A DNA stretch of 51,747 bases, from contig CACHLP010000004.1 in the NCBI GenBank assembly GCA_902580665.1, positions 1 through 51,747 on the forward strand, given 5' to 3'. This document shows positions 29,772 to 40,053 of this stretch, one piece after another (position 1 is the stretch's first letter; each line of letters begins with the position of its first letter). The translations under genes were made by a program, and so were the position numbers. The notes below the pieces were generated by a model that worked only from the letters and a program-made list of their open reading frames with translations, was not told the DNA's origin and did no database searches. This DNA comes from an uncultured Pelagibacteraceae bacterium. GTDB taxonomy: Bacteria > Pseudomonadota > Alphaproteobacteria > Pelagibacterales > AG-422-B15.

Positions 29772-30824
29772 CTAAATTGACAAAAAGTAAGTTATTTCAT
29801 TAGTTTCATCGATCTTATTTCTCTTTATAGCTGATATTATTATTTTGTCTAAATTTGTCTTAATTCGAGAAAATTCATCTAAGTGTTTAAACCTTGAGTA
29901 AAATCTTAAAATTGAAAAATAATCATAATTTTTACTTTCTTTATCAAGTATTTTTTCAAAATAAATTGGGACATTATTTAAAAGATTTATTCTATACTTA
30001 TCAACTAAATTAGGATCTGATCCATTTAGTTCTGCTGCATCGAACACTTCAGGTAATCTTTCTAAGATCCATAAATCTGCGTATTGCATCCATGAAACAT
30101 TCATATTTACTATTACAAGAGGCTTTCCAATCCAAATTCCTCTTAAATTCATGAGATTGTTTATTACATAAAATGTGGTTGGCACAATTGACTTCATTGA
30201 AGAAAAGGGAAATTCATTTGTAAATTGTGAGTAAGCTCTAAGGGCATGATCACGTCTAAAAACAATACAATAAATTGCAGTAAAAAAATTTTCAGATTGA
30301 GTGGCAATATCTGAGATTTTACCTTTCATATTTTTTTTATTGTCACTGATTGGTATCGCAGATTGAAGAAACTCATCTAAATTATTTACTTTATCTGCAG
30401 CTGATTCAGTTACATAAGCATAATTTAAATATAAAAGATCAATTCCTTTATTATTAATTATTTCATTTAAAATTAACCCTGGAGTTTCCTCCAGAATTAA
30501 ATCATCGTCACCCAGTATCCAAATATAGTCTCCTTTAGCTAAAGAGGCAGTAACCGAGAGATTGCCAATCATTCCAACATTTTTTTTGTTTTTATAATAT
30601 TTTATATCTAATACATTTATATATTTACTAACTATTTCTTCAGTTTCATCTACTGATGCGTTATCACAAATCAATATTTCTATTTCCTTAATATTCTCTT
30701 TAAAAATTTTACTTAAGTTTTGTAGGCTCAGTTCAAGCCATTTTGCTCTATTATAAGTACTTATACAAATAGACAACAAAGGTCCTTCATCGTCTAAATT
30801 CTGAAAAATTTGGTTTTTTAACAT
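29772..30824 (-). CDS. Glycosyltransferase family 2
   Basis: LSICISTYNR, CDNASVD, WILGDDD. Confidence 0.88.
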   Translation of the reverse strand: MLKNQIFQNLDDEGPLLSICISTYNRAKWLELSLQNLSKIFKENIKEIEILICDNASVDETEEIVSKYINVLDIKYYKNKKNVGMIGNLSVTASLAKGDYIWILGDDDLILEETPGLILNEIINNKGIDLLYLNYAYVTESAADKVNNLDEFLQSAIPISDNKKNMKGKISDIATQSENFFTAIYCIVFRRDHALRAYSQFTNEFPFSSMKSIVPTTFYVINNLMNLRGIWIGKPLVIVNMNVSWMQYADLWILERLPEVFDAAELNGSDPNLVDKYRINLLNNVPIYFEKILDKESKNYDYFSILRFYSRFKHLDEFSRIKTNLDKIIISAIKRNKIDETNEITYFLSI

Positions 30825-30828
30825 AAAA

Positions 30829-33800
30829 CTAATCTAAGTATGCCTGATTATTCAAATCTGCAATCATTTCACTAGCATATATTTTCCATGATTTAAATTT
30901 CCTACTATCTAACTCAGTAAGTTTTCTGTCATATAAGTTTTTGCCCTCAAGTAAATTTATAATTGCACCTGCTATTTCGTCAGGCTTATTCGCATCTATC
31001 GCAATACATCCTCCACCTAAAGAGACTTCATATGATGCAGAACTGTTATGACAAATACATGGTTTTCTATACCACAGTGACTCAATTATAGGTATTCCAA
31101 ATCCCTCCTCAATAGAAGGGTATACTGTAAAATATGAATCTTTATATAATTCAACTAATAACTGATCATTAACATCTTTTATCCACGATATATTTTTCAG
31201 GTTCTTAATTTCATTTTCAATTCTATACTCTAAATCTTTAAAATTATTATTCCCAATAATAATTAGTTCAAAATCTAACTTTGTATTATTATTAACAATT
31301 TTTATCGCCTCAATTAAATTTATATGGTTTTTTCTCGGTTCCACCGTACCAACACACAAGATTTTAAATGTTTGATCCTTATTCTTTTCATAATTTTCAA
31401 TACTTCGCGGTCTTCCTTCAAAATCTGCTGCTAACTCTATTGTAATAACCCGATTTAAAATATCTGGTGTTCTTATATTAAAACTATAAAGAAAATTCAA
31501 AAGATCATTTCTTACAGTATTTGATATACAATAAATTTTATCAAAAAGACTTATATTTTGCATATAGTTTGCATGCATTTTTGAAATTTCATCATCATAA
31601 AATTTATTTAGTTTCCATGGAATTGCATCGTAGAAAATACATGCTGATTTGAGTTTATATTGATTGATTTTTTCAAAGAAATATTTCCATTCCTCATTTG
31701 AAAAATAGTTCATTACCTCAGGAATTAATATCCATTTTTGTGAGTCAGTATTTACTTCATTCATAGTTCCATTGCCCCAATTTGCAATATTAGGTCCATT
31801 CCAATTTGAAAGATGTTTTTTTTCATTATTTGAAATTGGAATAAAGTCTTTATTTTTACTACTCCATTTGATTGGAACAAGTTTAATTTGATTATTCAAT
31901 AATTCTTTGCCAAGCTGTCTTACTACTCTTTGTATTCCAGTATTTTTTTCATAAGTTGAAGTATCCGTAACACAATAAAATATTTCTGTTATACTATTAT
32001 TTTTATCATTATGAGTTTTTATATTTTCCAATAATTCATCTGTATAATTATCCCAAGATTTTAATTTGTAAGATTGAATCGCATTGTAGTAAGAGGAAAA
32101 AAGTTGATCATCATTTATTAAGCGCTCCATGGAATCTTTTAATATATCAATATTCGTTGTATCTACTTGATAAGTCACTTTATCACTGGCTATTTCACTC
32201 ATTGAACCAAAATTTGCACAAATACAAGGCTTTCCATATGATAAGCTCTCAATTATTGGTAAGCCAAAACCTTCCATAGTCGATGGAAAAACTGTAAATG
32301 TGCATTCTTTATAAAGTTTATCTAATTCATCTTCATCCACACGGCCTAGATACTTTATATTGTCTTGAAGCTCATTTAAGTAAGCATTCAAATACACTTG
32401 CTCTTCAGTTGAAATATTACCTACGAGATAAAGTTTCCACTCAGAATTAATATTATTTTCTAAATATTGCTTAAAAGCTTCAATTAAGAGGCGTTGATTC
32501 TTCCACTTTTCAATTGTTCCAACACTTAATATAATTTTATTATTTAAGTTATTATAATTATCATATTCTCTGATTTTAGCCTTAACTCCCAAATGTATAG
32601 TAGTGATTATTGGATTAAATTTTCTAGGAGATTTTTCAATCTTCTCCCAATAATTTTTTAGATCATTCTTTGCTGTATCTGAAATGGAAACAACATTATC
32701 AGATAAAAGAAGTACCTTCATATAAAAAGCGTGCATCGTGCTAATATCTTTTAATACCTTCTGATGTAGTGGAGTTGCATCATAGAAAACAAAAGTTGAA
32801 AACATATTGTATTTTCGTGCAACTTCAATAACTTTAATACTCAATGACTGATCTCTGTGATACATGTAAGGCACCTCAGGTACAATTAAATTTTGGTTTC
32901 TTAAAAGAACTTTTACTTCTGAGTAAGAGAGTTTTTTCTTATAAATCGATGGTATAATTAATTGAGAATCTATTTTATAGAAATTAATTAAACTTTTGTA
33001 GTCTTCTTCGTTTATTAGTGTAAAGAAATCTAATTCTTTATTCCATTTAATAAAAATAATATCTTCCAATCTTTTTGTAAGACTTAAAGAAAGTTCTCTT
33101 ACAAGCCTTTGTACGCCTGTATTAATTTTTAACTTTATGGTTTCATCTACAAGTATAAAGTATTTAGTATTTAATTTTGCATATTGACTACTAGATCGTT
33201 TACTTATTATCGGAAAGGATTTTGGCTTATACGAGGGTGTTTCAATTGATCTTATGTAATTTTCATATGTATAAGAATATTCTCGAATTTCGTAATTATT
33301 CTTGTATTCTAATGGATTTGAATAAATACTTTTTTTTGTCAACGTCGAATAATTAAAACTTTGACTAAAAATTAATCTTTTTATTTTTAATTTTAATCCA
33401 GGATATGAGTCAATTCTGATAATTTTTCTAACTAGCCCTTTAAACTTTGGGTACTTATTAATTGAATTATATAATATTGATAAAAATTTAACTAAAATTA
33501 TTTTGAACTTAAAAAAAAAAATTTTTTTTTTTAATATTTCTCTTATAAAAGCTGTATACTTCCAGAATCCACTAGCAATTATAGCATCATAGTTTTGTTC
33601 AACATCACGTAGGCTTTTTATTTGATTTTTTTGACTATTTATCTGATTTTTTTGACTATTTATTTCATTTTTTTGACTATCTATTTGTTTTTGTTGTTCA
33701 GATATTGTGTTGGATAGGCCAATTACTTTTCTGGATAGTGTTTTTGTGCCTTCATTCAATAATTTAATTTCATGATTTTTATTATGGATTTCTACATTTT

Positions 33801-34509
33801 CAATATTTTTTAGTTCTAAGTATTTATCAAAATTATCATGAATATTTGGAGGAGCATAAAAATATTTTTTATATTTATCTTGCTCGTTTGCAAGGTAAAA
33901 CTTATTTAGACCATCATAATATACACAACTATAAGAAGCATCCTTAAGCAATAATTCACATCTATCACTTTCGTCAGCTATATCTTGGAAATCATTACTC
34001 TCAACTATAATTATCCATGGGCGATATATGCTTAAATCTAAACCTTTTAAGACTTCTTCTTCGGATCCTTCTGTATCAATTTTAAGAAAATGTATCTCTT
34101 TAAATTTTGTTGAAGTCAAAATATCGTTTAAGCTGAGCATTTTTCTATAAACTTTTTTGTACTTGATATTTTTATGAAACAAGGAATTTGATTTTTTAAT
34201 TTTAGTAGTTGATAAACCTCTGATATTTGAAACAAAAAATTCAACTTCTTCTCTTTTCTTTTCACCTACTAGACAATTAAGGTTTATATCGCGTACGCGG
34301 TCTCTTTCAAGTTCTTTAAAATGTTCGTCGATAGGTTCAATATTAATTCCACTCCAATTATTATCGTAGAAAATTTTTGTTGTATTGTCGCGCAAAGGGT
34401 CGTTAGCACCAACATCTATGTATATTCCATTTTTTATATTTTTAAATACACGCCACAACATTATATCTTCAAAATTTTGTGCGTAAGATATGATTTTTTT
34501 GTTTAACAT
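30829..34509 (-). CDS. Multidomain FkbM methyltransferase / coiled coil / GT4 / GT4 protein (putative O-glycan polymerase-terminator)
   Basis: SYAQNFED, YIDVGAN, LKIDTEG; heptad region; two NTG(V/I)QR...EGFG(L/I)PIIESL modules. Confidence 0.88.
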   Translation of the reverse strand: MLNKKIISYAQNFEDIMLWRVFKNIKNGIYIDVGANDPLRDNTTKIFYDNNWSGINIEPIDEHFKELERDRVRDINLNCLVGEKKREEVEFFVSNIRGLSTTKIKKSNSLFHKNIKYKKVYRKMLSLNDILTSTKFKEIHFLKIDTEGSEEEVLKGLDLSIYRPWIIIVESNDFQDIADESDRCELLLKDASYSCVYYDGLNKFYLANEQDKYKKYFYAPPNIHDNFDKYLELKNIENVEIHNKNHEIKLLNEGTKTLSRKVIGLSNTISEQQKQIDSQKNEINSQKNQINSQKNQIKSLRDVEQNYDAIIASGFWKYTAFIREILKKKIFFFKFKIILVKFLSILYNSINKYPKFKGLVRKIIRIDSYPGLKLKIKRLIFSQSFNYSTLTKKSIYSNPLEYKNNYEIREYSYTYENYIRSIETPSYKPKSFPIISKRSSSQYAKLNTKYFILVDETIKLKINTGVQRLVRELSLSLTKRLEDIIFIKWNKELDFFTLINEEDYKSLINFYKIDSQLIIPSIYKKKLSYSEVKVLLRNQNLIVPEVPYMYHRDQSLSIKVIEVARKYNMFSTFVFYDATPLHQKVLKDISTMHAFYMKVLLLSDNVVSISDTAKNDLKNYWEKIEKSPRKFNPIITTIHLGVKAKIREYDNYNNLNNKIILSVGTIEKWKNQRLLIEAFKQYLENNINSEWKLYLVGNISTEEQVYLNAYLNELQDNIKYLGRVDEDELDKLYKECTFTVFPSTMEGFGLPIIESLSYGKPCICANFGSMSEIASDKVTYQVDTTNIDILKDSMERLINDDQLFSSYYNAIQSYKLKSWDNYTDELLENIKTHNDKNNSITEIFYCVTDTSTYEKNTGIQRVVRQLGKELLNNQIKLVPIKWSSKNKDFIPISNNEKKHLSNWNGPNIANWGNGTMNEVNTDSQKWILIPEVMNYFSNEEWKYFFEKINQYKLKSACIFYDAIPWKLNKFYDDEISKMHANYMQNISLFDKIYCISNTVRNDLLNFLYSFNIRTPDILNRVITIELAADFEGRPRSIENYEKNKDQTFKILCVGTVEPRKNHINLIEAIKIVNNNTKLDFELIIIGNNNFKDLEYRIENEIKNLKNISWIKDVNDQLLVELYKDSYFTVYPSIEEGFGIPIIESLWYRKPCICHNSSASYEVSLGGGCIAIDANKPDEIAGAIINLLEGKNLYDRKLTELDSRKFKSWKIYASEMIADLNNQAYLD
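33509..33534. repeat. Perfect 26-bp palindrome TT-A11-T11-AA
   Basis: Read directly: A run 33511-33521, T run 33522-33532. Confidence 0.9.
33619..33687. repeat. 21-bp tandem repeat, about 3.3 copies, encoding heptad I(N/D)SQKN(Q/E)
   Basis: TATTTGATTTTTTTGACTATT / TATCTGATTTTTTTGACTATT / TATTTCATTTTTTTGACTATC / TATTTG. Confidence 0.9.
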
Positions 34510-34512
34510 TCT

Positions 34513-35730
34513 TTATACATTTTTAATTTCAATCTTATTTTTCAACCATGAATTACCAATAAAAAAAGATTTTTTATTATTAATAACTTCAAAAAAAACT
34601 GCCATATCTATCCAATGATAATTTTTTGTTAAATGGGTATCCTTATCTACCAATGCTAACTGAACAGTATAAGTCCCTACACCAACGCTCATTTCTAATT
34701 TTATACAAAATGAGTAGGATTTGCCTACTTGTGGAGAGGTTATTACTTGACTTGTATGCCATGTATTTGTGCCAAATATTACCTGACCAAAACGATCCTT
34801 TATACTGAATCCCAATACTAAACTATCAATTTGATCAACTATTTTAACTCCCACATTAATTTTAACACTATCGCCAACATTTATTGTCTCAACTAATTCA
34901 TTATTTTTGTCAGTAAAATTCACTTCTTCAATGATTACTTCTCCTGATCCAGATACAGTTTGAACTTTAAAATTTTCTAATTCATTGAATTCAATTTTAC
35001 TTTTTGTCTCAGATAATAAAGCATTATAGTGATCAATTACTTCCTCAGTATTACCATACTTAATTAGACTTCCATTATCTATTAATATTGTTTTTGAACA
35101 TAACATTTTGATAGCTTGGAAATCATGACTTACTAAAATGATAGAAGTACCTTGATTTTGAAAATCTTTAATTTTCTTGAAGCATTTATTAACAAAATAG
35201 GCATCTCCAACTGATAAGATTTCATCAATAATTAAAATTTCTGGTCTTATAGCTGTCGCAATAGAGAAAGCTATTCTCATTTTCATTCCAGTTGAGTATA
35301 TTCTTAGAGGTTTATCAAAATATGTACCAATTTCAGAAAACTCTTCAACAATTGAAATAACTTTTTGAATCTTATCCTCATCTATTCCCATCAACCCTGC
35401 CGTGTAAGTTGTATTTTGTCTACCGGTGAGTTCGTCATTAAATCCAATTCCTAGTTCTAATATAGAGGATATTTTCCCAAAAACTCTTATTTCTCCCTGA
35501 GATGGCTCATTTACTCCAGTAATTAATTTTAAAATAGTACTCTTGCCAGCACCATTTTTACCAATAATACCTATTGACTCACCTCTTGGAACAGTAAAAT
35601 TAATATTATTGAGAATTAAATTTCTTTTTTTTTGAAATTTATTTCTACTAAACCAGCTTTTTATTCGCTCAAGTTCACTAGAGTAAGTTATATAAGATTT
35701 TGATATATTGTTAACTTCTAAAATATTCAT
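34513..35730 (-). CDS. wzt: O-antigen ABC transporter ATPase with C-terminal carbohydrate-binding domain
   Basis: GKNGAGKST, YSTGMKMR, IIDEILSVGD; about 150-aa Wzt_C extension (IKDRFGQVIFGTNT). Confidence 0.94.
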   Translation of the reverse strand: MNILEVNNISKSYITYSSELERIKSWFSRNKFQKKRNLILNNINFTVPRGESIGIIGKNGAGKSTILKLITGVNEPSQGEIRVFGKISSILELGIGFNDELTGRQNTTYTAGLMGIDEDKIQKVISIVEEFSEIGTYFDKPLRIYSTGMKMRIAFSIATAIRPEILIIDEILSVGDAYFVNKCFKKIKDFQNQGTSIILVSHDFQAIKMLCSKTILIDNGSLIKYGNTEEVIDHYNALLSETKSKIEFNELENFKVQTVSGSGEVIIEEVNFTDKNNELVETINVGDSVKINVGVKIVDQIDSLVLGFSIKDRFGQVIFGTNTWHTSQVITSPQVGKSYSFCIKLEMSVGVGTYTVQLALVDKDTHLTKNYHWIDMAVFFEVINNKKSFFIGNSWLKNKIEIKNV

Positions 35731-36512
35731 AATACATCTGCCATTTCCCTGCCAGCTTTTCTGAACAAAATAATGGATAGAGTACTAAACAAGATAGTAA
35801 GAAATAAAATTATAAAAATACTCATAATATTTGGTAGAGAATTATACAAAATAATTTGTTGATAACAATCAACTACATGAAAAATTGGATTATATTGTAT
35901 CAAAGTTTTTAGAAAATCAGGAACAATAGAAATTGGGTATACGATAGGAGTAAACCAAAAAAGTAATTGAAGTAAAATTGGCACAGCTTGACCAACATCA
36001 CGAATAAATACATTGAAAATCCCAAATATAAGACCAATCGATTGTGCTAAAATAGCAGTAATTATTGCCATAGGAATAAGTAGCAAATAGTGAAATGAAA
36101 TTTGATGGCCTGTTAGTATTACTATGGCAAGGATAGATATAAATAAAAATAAATTATTTATTGAACTCACTCCAGTATTAATAGCGACAAGTGTAACCTT
36201 AGGAAAAGATACTTTCTTAATAGTATTTGCGTTATCAATAAATAAATTTGTATTTGAGCTAATAATTTCACTCATAAGACTCCAAGCCAATAGTCCTCCC
36301 AATAAATAAATTGCGTAACCATAAAAATTTTCAACACCTGGTAGTTTTGCTGCCAGTACATTAGATAAAATAATTGTATAAATAAGAGCCTGACTTAATG
36401 GGCCTAAGATAATCCACAAGAAGCCTAGATTATTTTTTGTATATTTATTGATCAGATTATTCTTAATGGATACCAAAATAAAGTATCTAAATGTATAAAG
36501 AGATTTAAGCAT
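35727..36512 (-). CDS. wzm: O-antigen ABC transporter permease
   Basis: LGFLWIILGPL, IKKVSFP, FIRD, FWFTPIVYP, YNP. Confidence 0.94.
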   Translation of the reverse strand: MLKSLYTFRYFILVSIKNNLINKYTKNNLGFLWIILGPLSQALIYTIILSNVLAAKLPGVENFYGYAIYLLGGLLAWSLMSEIISSNTNLFIDNANTIKKVSFPKVTLVAINTGVSSINNLFLFISILAIVILTGHQISFHYLLLIPMAIITAILAQSIGLIFGIFNVFIRDVGQAVPILLQLLFWFTPIVYPISIVPDFLKTLIQYNPIFHVVDCYQQIILYNSLPNIMSIFIILFLTILFSTLSIILFRKAGREMADVL

Positions 36513-36560
36513 TAAAAAAATCCGATGTTAAAATGAATACATAACTTTTAATAATTATAA

Positions 36561-37604
36561 CTACAGACTTGCTTTTTTTTCTTTATCATAATCTGCTTCA
36601 ACCATCATTTTTATAAGCTCGTTAAATTTAACTTTTGGTTCCCAACTTAATTTCTTTTTTGCCTTAGACGCATCACCAACAAGCAAGTCCACTTCTGCGG
36701 GTCTATAAAATTTTTCATTTATTCGCACAATTGTTTTATTGACTTCTTTATCTATTAACTTTTCTTCAATGCCTTCACCAACCCACTCAGATTTAAAATT
36801 AAGAATTTCACATGCTTCATTTAAAAAATTTTTAATTGTTTCAGTTCTTCCTGTTGCAAGTATAAAAGTATCAGGCTCATTTGATTGTAACATTTTGTGC
36901 ATTCCTTCCACATATTCTCCCGCAAAACCCCAATCTCTTTTTGCGTAAATATTTCCCAATTCTAAAACACTTTGGTTACCTAATTTAATTCTTGCTAATG
37001 CTTTTGTAATTTTTCTTGTAACAAATTCCTCGCCTCTTAGTGGTGACTCGTGATTAAATAAAATTCCACTAGAAGCGAAAATATTATATGACTCCCTATA
37101 ATTAACTGTTATCCAGTGTGCATAGAGCTTAGCTGCAGCGTAAGGGCTCCTAGGATAAAATGATGTATTTTCAGTTTGTGGCACTTCCTGAACTTTTCCA
37201 AACATTTCAGATGTTGACGCTTGGTAAAATTTTATGTCTTCACCAACAGTTCTAATTGACTCTAATAAATTAAGAGGGCCAAAACTATTTATTTGAGCAG
37301 TTCCTAACGGTTGATCAAATGAAGTTGCAACGAAACTCTGGGCAGCTAAATTATATATTTCATTTGGTTTAACCATTTGCACAAGCCTTAAACAAGAGCC
37401 AAAATCGTTAAGGTCTGCTTCAACGATAAAAAATGATTTATTCTTTAATACATTTAAGTAATCCAATCTCCAAAAATTTTGACCCATTGTTGAGGATCTT
37501 CGATGACAGCCATAAACTGCATAACCTTCATCCAACAAAAGTTTTGCAAGATAAGCACCGTCTTGACCAGTAATTCCAGTTATAAGAGCAACTTTCTTTG
37601 ACAT
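36561..37604 (-). CDS. gmd: GDP-mannose 4,6-dehydratase
   Basis: [49 protein letters not shown]. Confidence 0.96.
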   Translation of the reverse strand: MSKKVALITGITGQDGAYLAKLLLDEGYAVYGCHRRSSTMGQNFWRLDYLNVLKNKSFFIVEADLNDFGSCLRLVQMVKPNEIYNLAAQSFVATSFDQPLGTAQINSFGPLNLLESIRTVGEDIKFYQASTSEMFGKVQEVPQTENTSFYPRSPYAAAKLYAHWITVNYRESYNIFASSGILFNHESPLRGEEFVTRKITKALARIKLGNQSVLELGNIYAKRDWGFAGEYVEGMHKMLQSNEPDTFILATGRTETIKNFLNEACEILNFKSEWVGEGIEEKLIDKEVNKTIVRINEKFYRPAEVDLLVGDASKAKKKLSWEPKVKFNELIKMMVEADYDKEKKASL

Positions 37605-38839
37605 CAAATAATCTCTATTTCTGGAAATGGTATAATAAATTTACCCCCATTATCAAGAAATGTCTTTTCACGTCGTAAAATTCCTTCTTTGAAATGCCAG
37701 GGTAAAAGTAAGTAATAGTCAGGTTTCATTTGTTTTGCTTCATCCTCAGAAATGATTGGTATATTCGTTCCAGGGGTAAAACAACCAAATTTATCCTTAT
37801 TCACTTCAGCAATTGCTTGTATCTCATTTGAAGTGAAATTACAAAATTGAAGAGTTACATTACCCTTAGTAGATGCTCCATAACCAATAATTGTTTTGTT
37901 ATCAGCCCTTAACTTTGTTATAAGCGAAATTAAGTCATCTCTATGCCTAAAAACTCTATTACTGAAATCCTCGTAAGGTTTGAGAGTATTGATTCCCATA
38001 TTACTTTCTTGTTCAAACAGCCAATCTATAACAGGACTATTAACATTTAATGAAATATTGTCCTTCTTTGCTGCTGTAACTGCGAAACTTCCTCCATTGA
38101 TATTATTCATCGTCACATCTACAATTTTTAAGTCAGCGCTGTCTAGTATTTTTTTAACCGATGTTAAAGAATAATATTCAAGATGTTCGTGACATATCGT
38201 GTCGTATGAATTCATTCTTAGCATTGACGGCAAATAACTTTGTTCAAAGTGCCATATTCCACCTTCATCAAGGATTGAACTTATATCTTTTGCAAACTTT
38301 ATTGGATCATCTAAGTCATAAAACATTGCGATAGACGTGATAATTTTTGCAGGCTTATCAAATATATTTTTATAATTTTTTTCAGTAAAAAAGTCAGAAA
38401 CAAGAACAATATCTTTAGCATAATATGAAGCAAACTTCTCTCCTGTTGGATCTATACCGATTTTTTTACATTCGACACTGTAAGATTTTAATAATGTAGC
38501 ATCATTGCTTCCTATATCTAAAACAATATCACTATTCGAAATATCTACAAGTTCCTGCAAATATCTGACCTTGCTCTCAAGATGACTAACCATTGATTGG
38601 TTTAGTCCGGATCTATATCCATAATTTTCTCCATACATTTCTTCAGCAGAATAAGAGTGATTAAGCTGAACAAGGCTGCTATCAGGACACCATACCAATT
38701 CTAAAGGTCCTTTAGTAATTTTATCATCTACATTTGAGGGAAACACACCAGTGAGATACTGCTCACCTAAATTCAAAACTGATACCAAATTTTCACTTTG
38801 TGAAATCCGACATTTATCGATTTTTTTATATCCACTCAT
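37604..38839 (-). CDS. NDP-hexose C-methyltransferase family (SAM-dependent)
   Basis: [48 protein letters not shown]. Confidence 0.85.
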   Translation of the reverse strand: MSGYKKIDKCRISQSENLVSVLNLGEQYLTGVFPSNVDDKITKGPLELVWCPDSSLVQLNHSYSAEEMYGENYGYRSGLNQSMVSHLESKVRYLQELVDISNSDIVLDIGSNDATLLKSYSVECKKIGIDPTGEKFASYYAKDIVLVSDFFTEKNYKNIFDKPAKIITSIAMFYDLDDPIKFAKDISSILDEGGIWHFEQSYLPSMLRMNSYDTICHEHLEYYSLTSVKKILDSADLKIVDVTMNNINGGSFAVTAAKKDNISLNVNSPVIDWLFEQESNMGINTLKPYEDFSNRVFRHRDDLISLITKLRADNKTIIGYGASTKGNVTLQFCNFTSNEIQAIAEVNKDKFGCFTPGTNIPIISEDEAKQMKPDYYLLLPWHFKEGILRREKTFLDNGGKFIIPFPEIEII

Positions 38840-38920
38840 TCATAGAACCTTATACATTTATTTTGCATACTCAACATATATATAGATTACTGATTTTTAT
38901 TTATACCAAAATTAAACAGC

Positions 38921-40003
38921 TTAGATATAAGTTGTTATTATTGACATTATTTTGTGTATCAAATTTTTTTCATCGAAAATTTTTTTGTATCTATCGAGTG
39001 CATTTTTAGAAAAAGTAACTCGTAGATCTTCGTCTTCATGAATTTTAATAATTGCGTTATATAGTTCTTTTTCTGAATTAGGTTTAATCACAATGCCTGT
39101 AACATTGTTCAAATTTACGAATGATGTACCCGATCCAAGTTCTGTTGATATTAGTGGCTTCCCAAAAAATAGTCCCTCAAGTAAACTGATACCAAAACTT
39201 TCACTTCGATGCGTTGATGGAAGTATTATTGCCATAGAGTTTCTTATATAAGCATATTTATTTTCGTCGTTAATATCAGTAAGATATTCTACATTATCTG
39301 TATTATCTTTATTTATGTTGCTAATAATTTTTAATTTAATACTTGGCAATCTAAGAAAAACTTTCTCTAAAAGTTCAATTCCTTTATAATGTCTGTTTTT
39401 ACCAATGAATAGAAAGTATCCATCATCAATGATACTTTTTTTACCTAAATTTATTTTTTCTTCTATTAATTTCTCGTTAAGATGGATTGGTATTACATCA
39501 ATTTTATGTTTCCATTTTAACAATACTTTGCTACTAGTCATATAATTTGTTGATGTTACAATTATTCTTTTAGAATTTTTAAAGAAGAAATATCTTATTG
39601 GTTTGTATATTTTTTCTAAATTTTTTTGCTTAATTATATCTGCTTGATAAAATATTAAATATGGCTTTGATACTATATTAAATATTGTCACTAAGTCACC
39701 AAAAGGCCATGGATAATGAAAAACAATAATGTCATTTTTTTTTTGTAGTTCAATGAATTTTATAAAAAAAGAAATGGAACCAAAAGTATTGGATGAAATT
39801 TCAAATAATTTTTTCTCAGAGAATAATTTTAAGTATCCAAGATCTAACTCGTAATTCTTATCCCCTAAAAATAGTAGAGTGTTTCTAACATTGAAATTAT
39901 AGGTAGAGGCTGAAAAATGTTTAATATATTGTTCAATTCCTCCTTTTGGCTCAAGATCAAAACATTTATAAATATGAAGGATTTTAATACTTTTCATTTG
40001 CAT
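38921..40003 (-). CDS. Glycosyltransferase family 4, WbpZ-like
   Basis: LHIYK..GGIEQ, FHYPWPFGD, PSTHRSESFGISLLEG, ISTELGSGTS. Confidence 0.87.
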   Translation of the reverse strand: MQMKSIKILHIYKCFDLEPKGGIEQYIKHFSASTYNFNVRNTLLFLGDKNYELDLGYLKLFSEKKLFEISSNTFGSISFFIKFIELQKKNDIIVFHYPWPFGDLVTIFNIVSKPYLIFYQADIIKQKNLEKIYKPIRYFFFKNSKRIIVTSTNYMTSSKVLLKWKHKIDVIPIHLNEKLIEEKINLGKKSIIDDGYFLFIGKNRHYKGIELLEKVFLRLPSIKLKIISNINKDNTDNVEYLTDINDENKYAYIRNSMAIILPSTHRSESFGISLLEGLFFGKPLISTELGSGTSFVNLNNVTGIVIKPNSEKELYNAIIKIHEDEDLRVTFSKNALDRYKKIFDEKNLIHKIMSIITTYI

Positions 40004-40053
40004 TAACGATATTTTCTCATCTTTAAAATAATTTTAATATATTCCAATTGAAA

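Noticed and set aside
30795-30835. Read-through or fusion of the 1226-aa gene with the downstream GT2
   Set aside because: Different frames; read-through of the TAG meets a stop after 13 codons, and the GT2 has its own ATG 4 nt downstream
33619-33687. Tandem repeat as a CRISPR array
   Set aside because: No spacers, in frame within a CDS, and no cas genes
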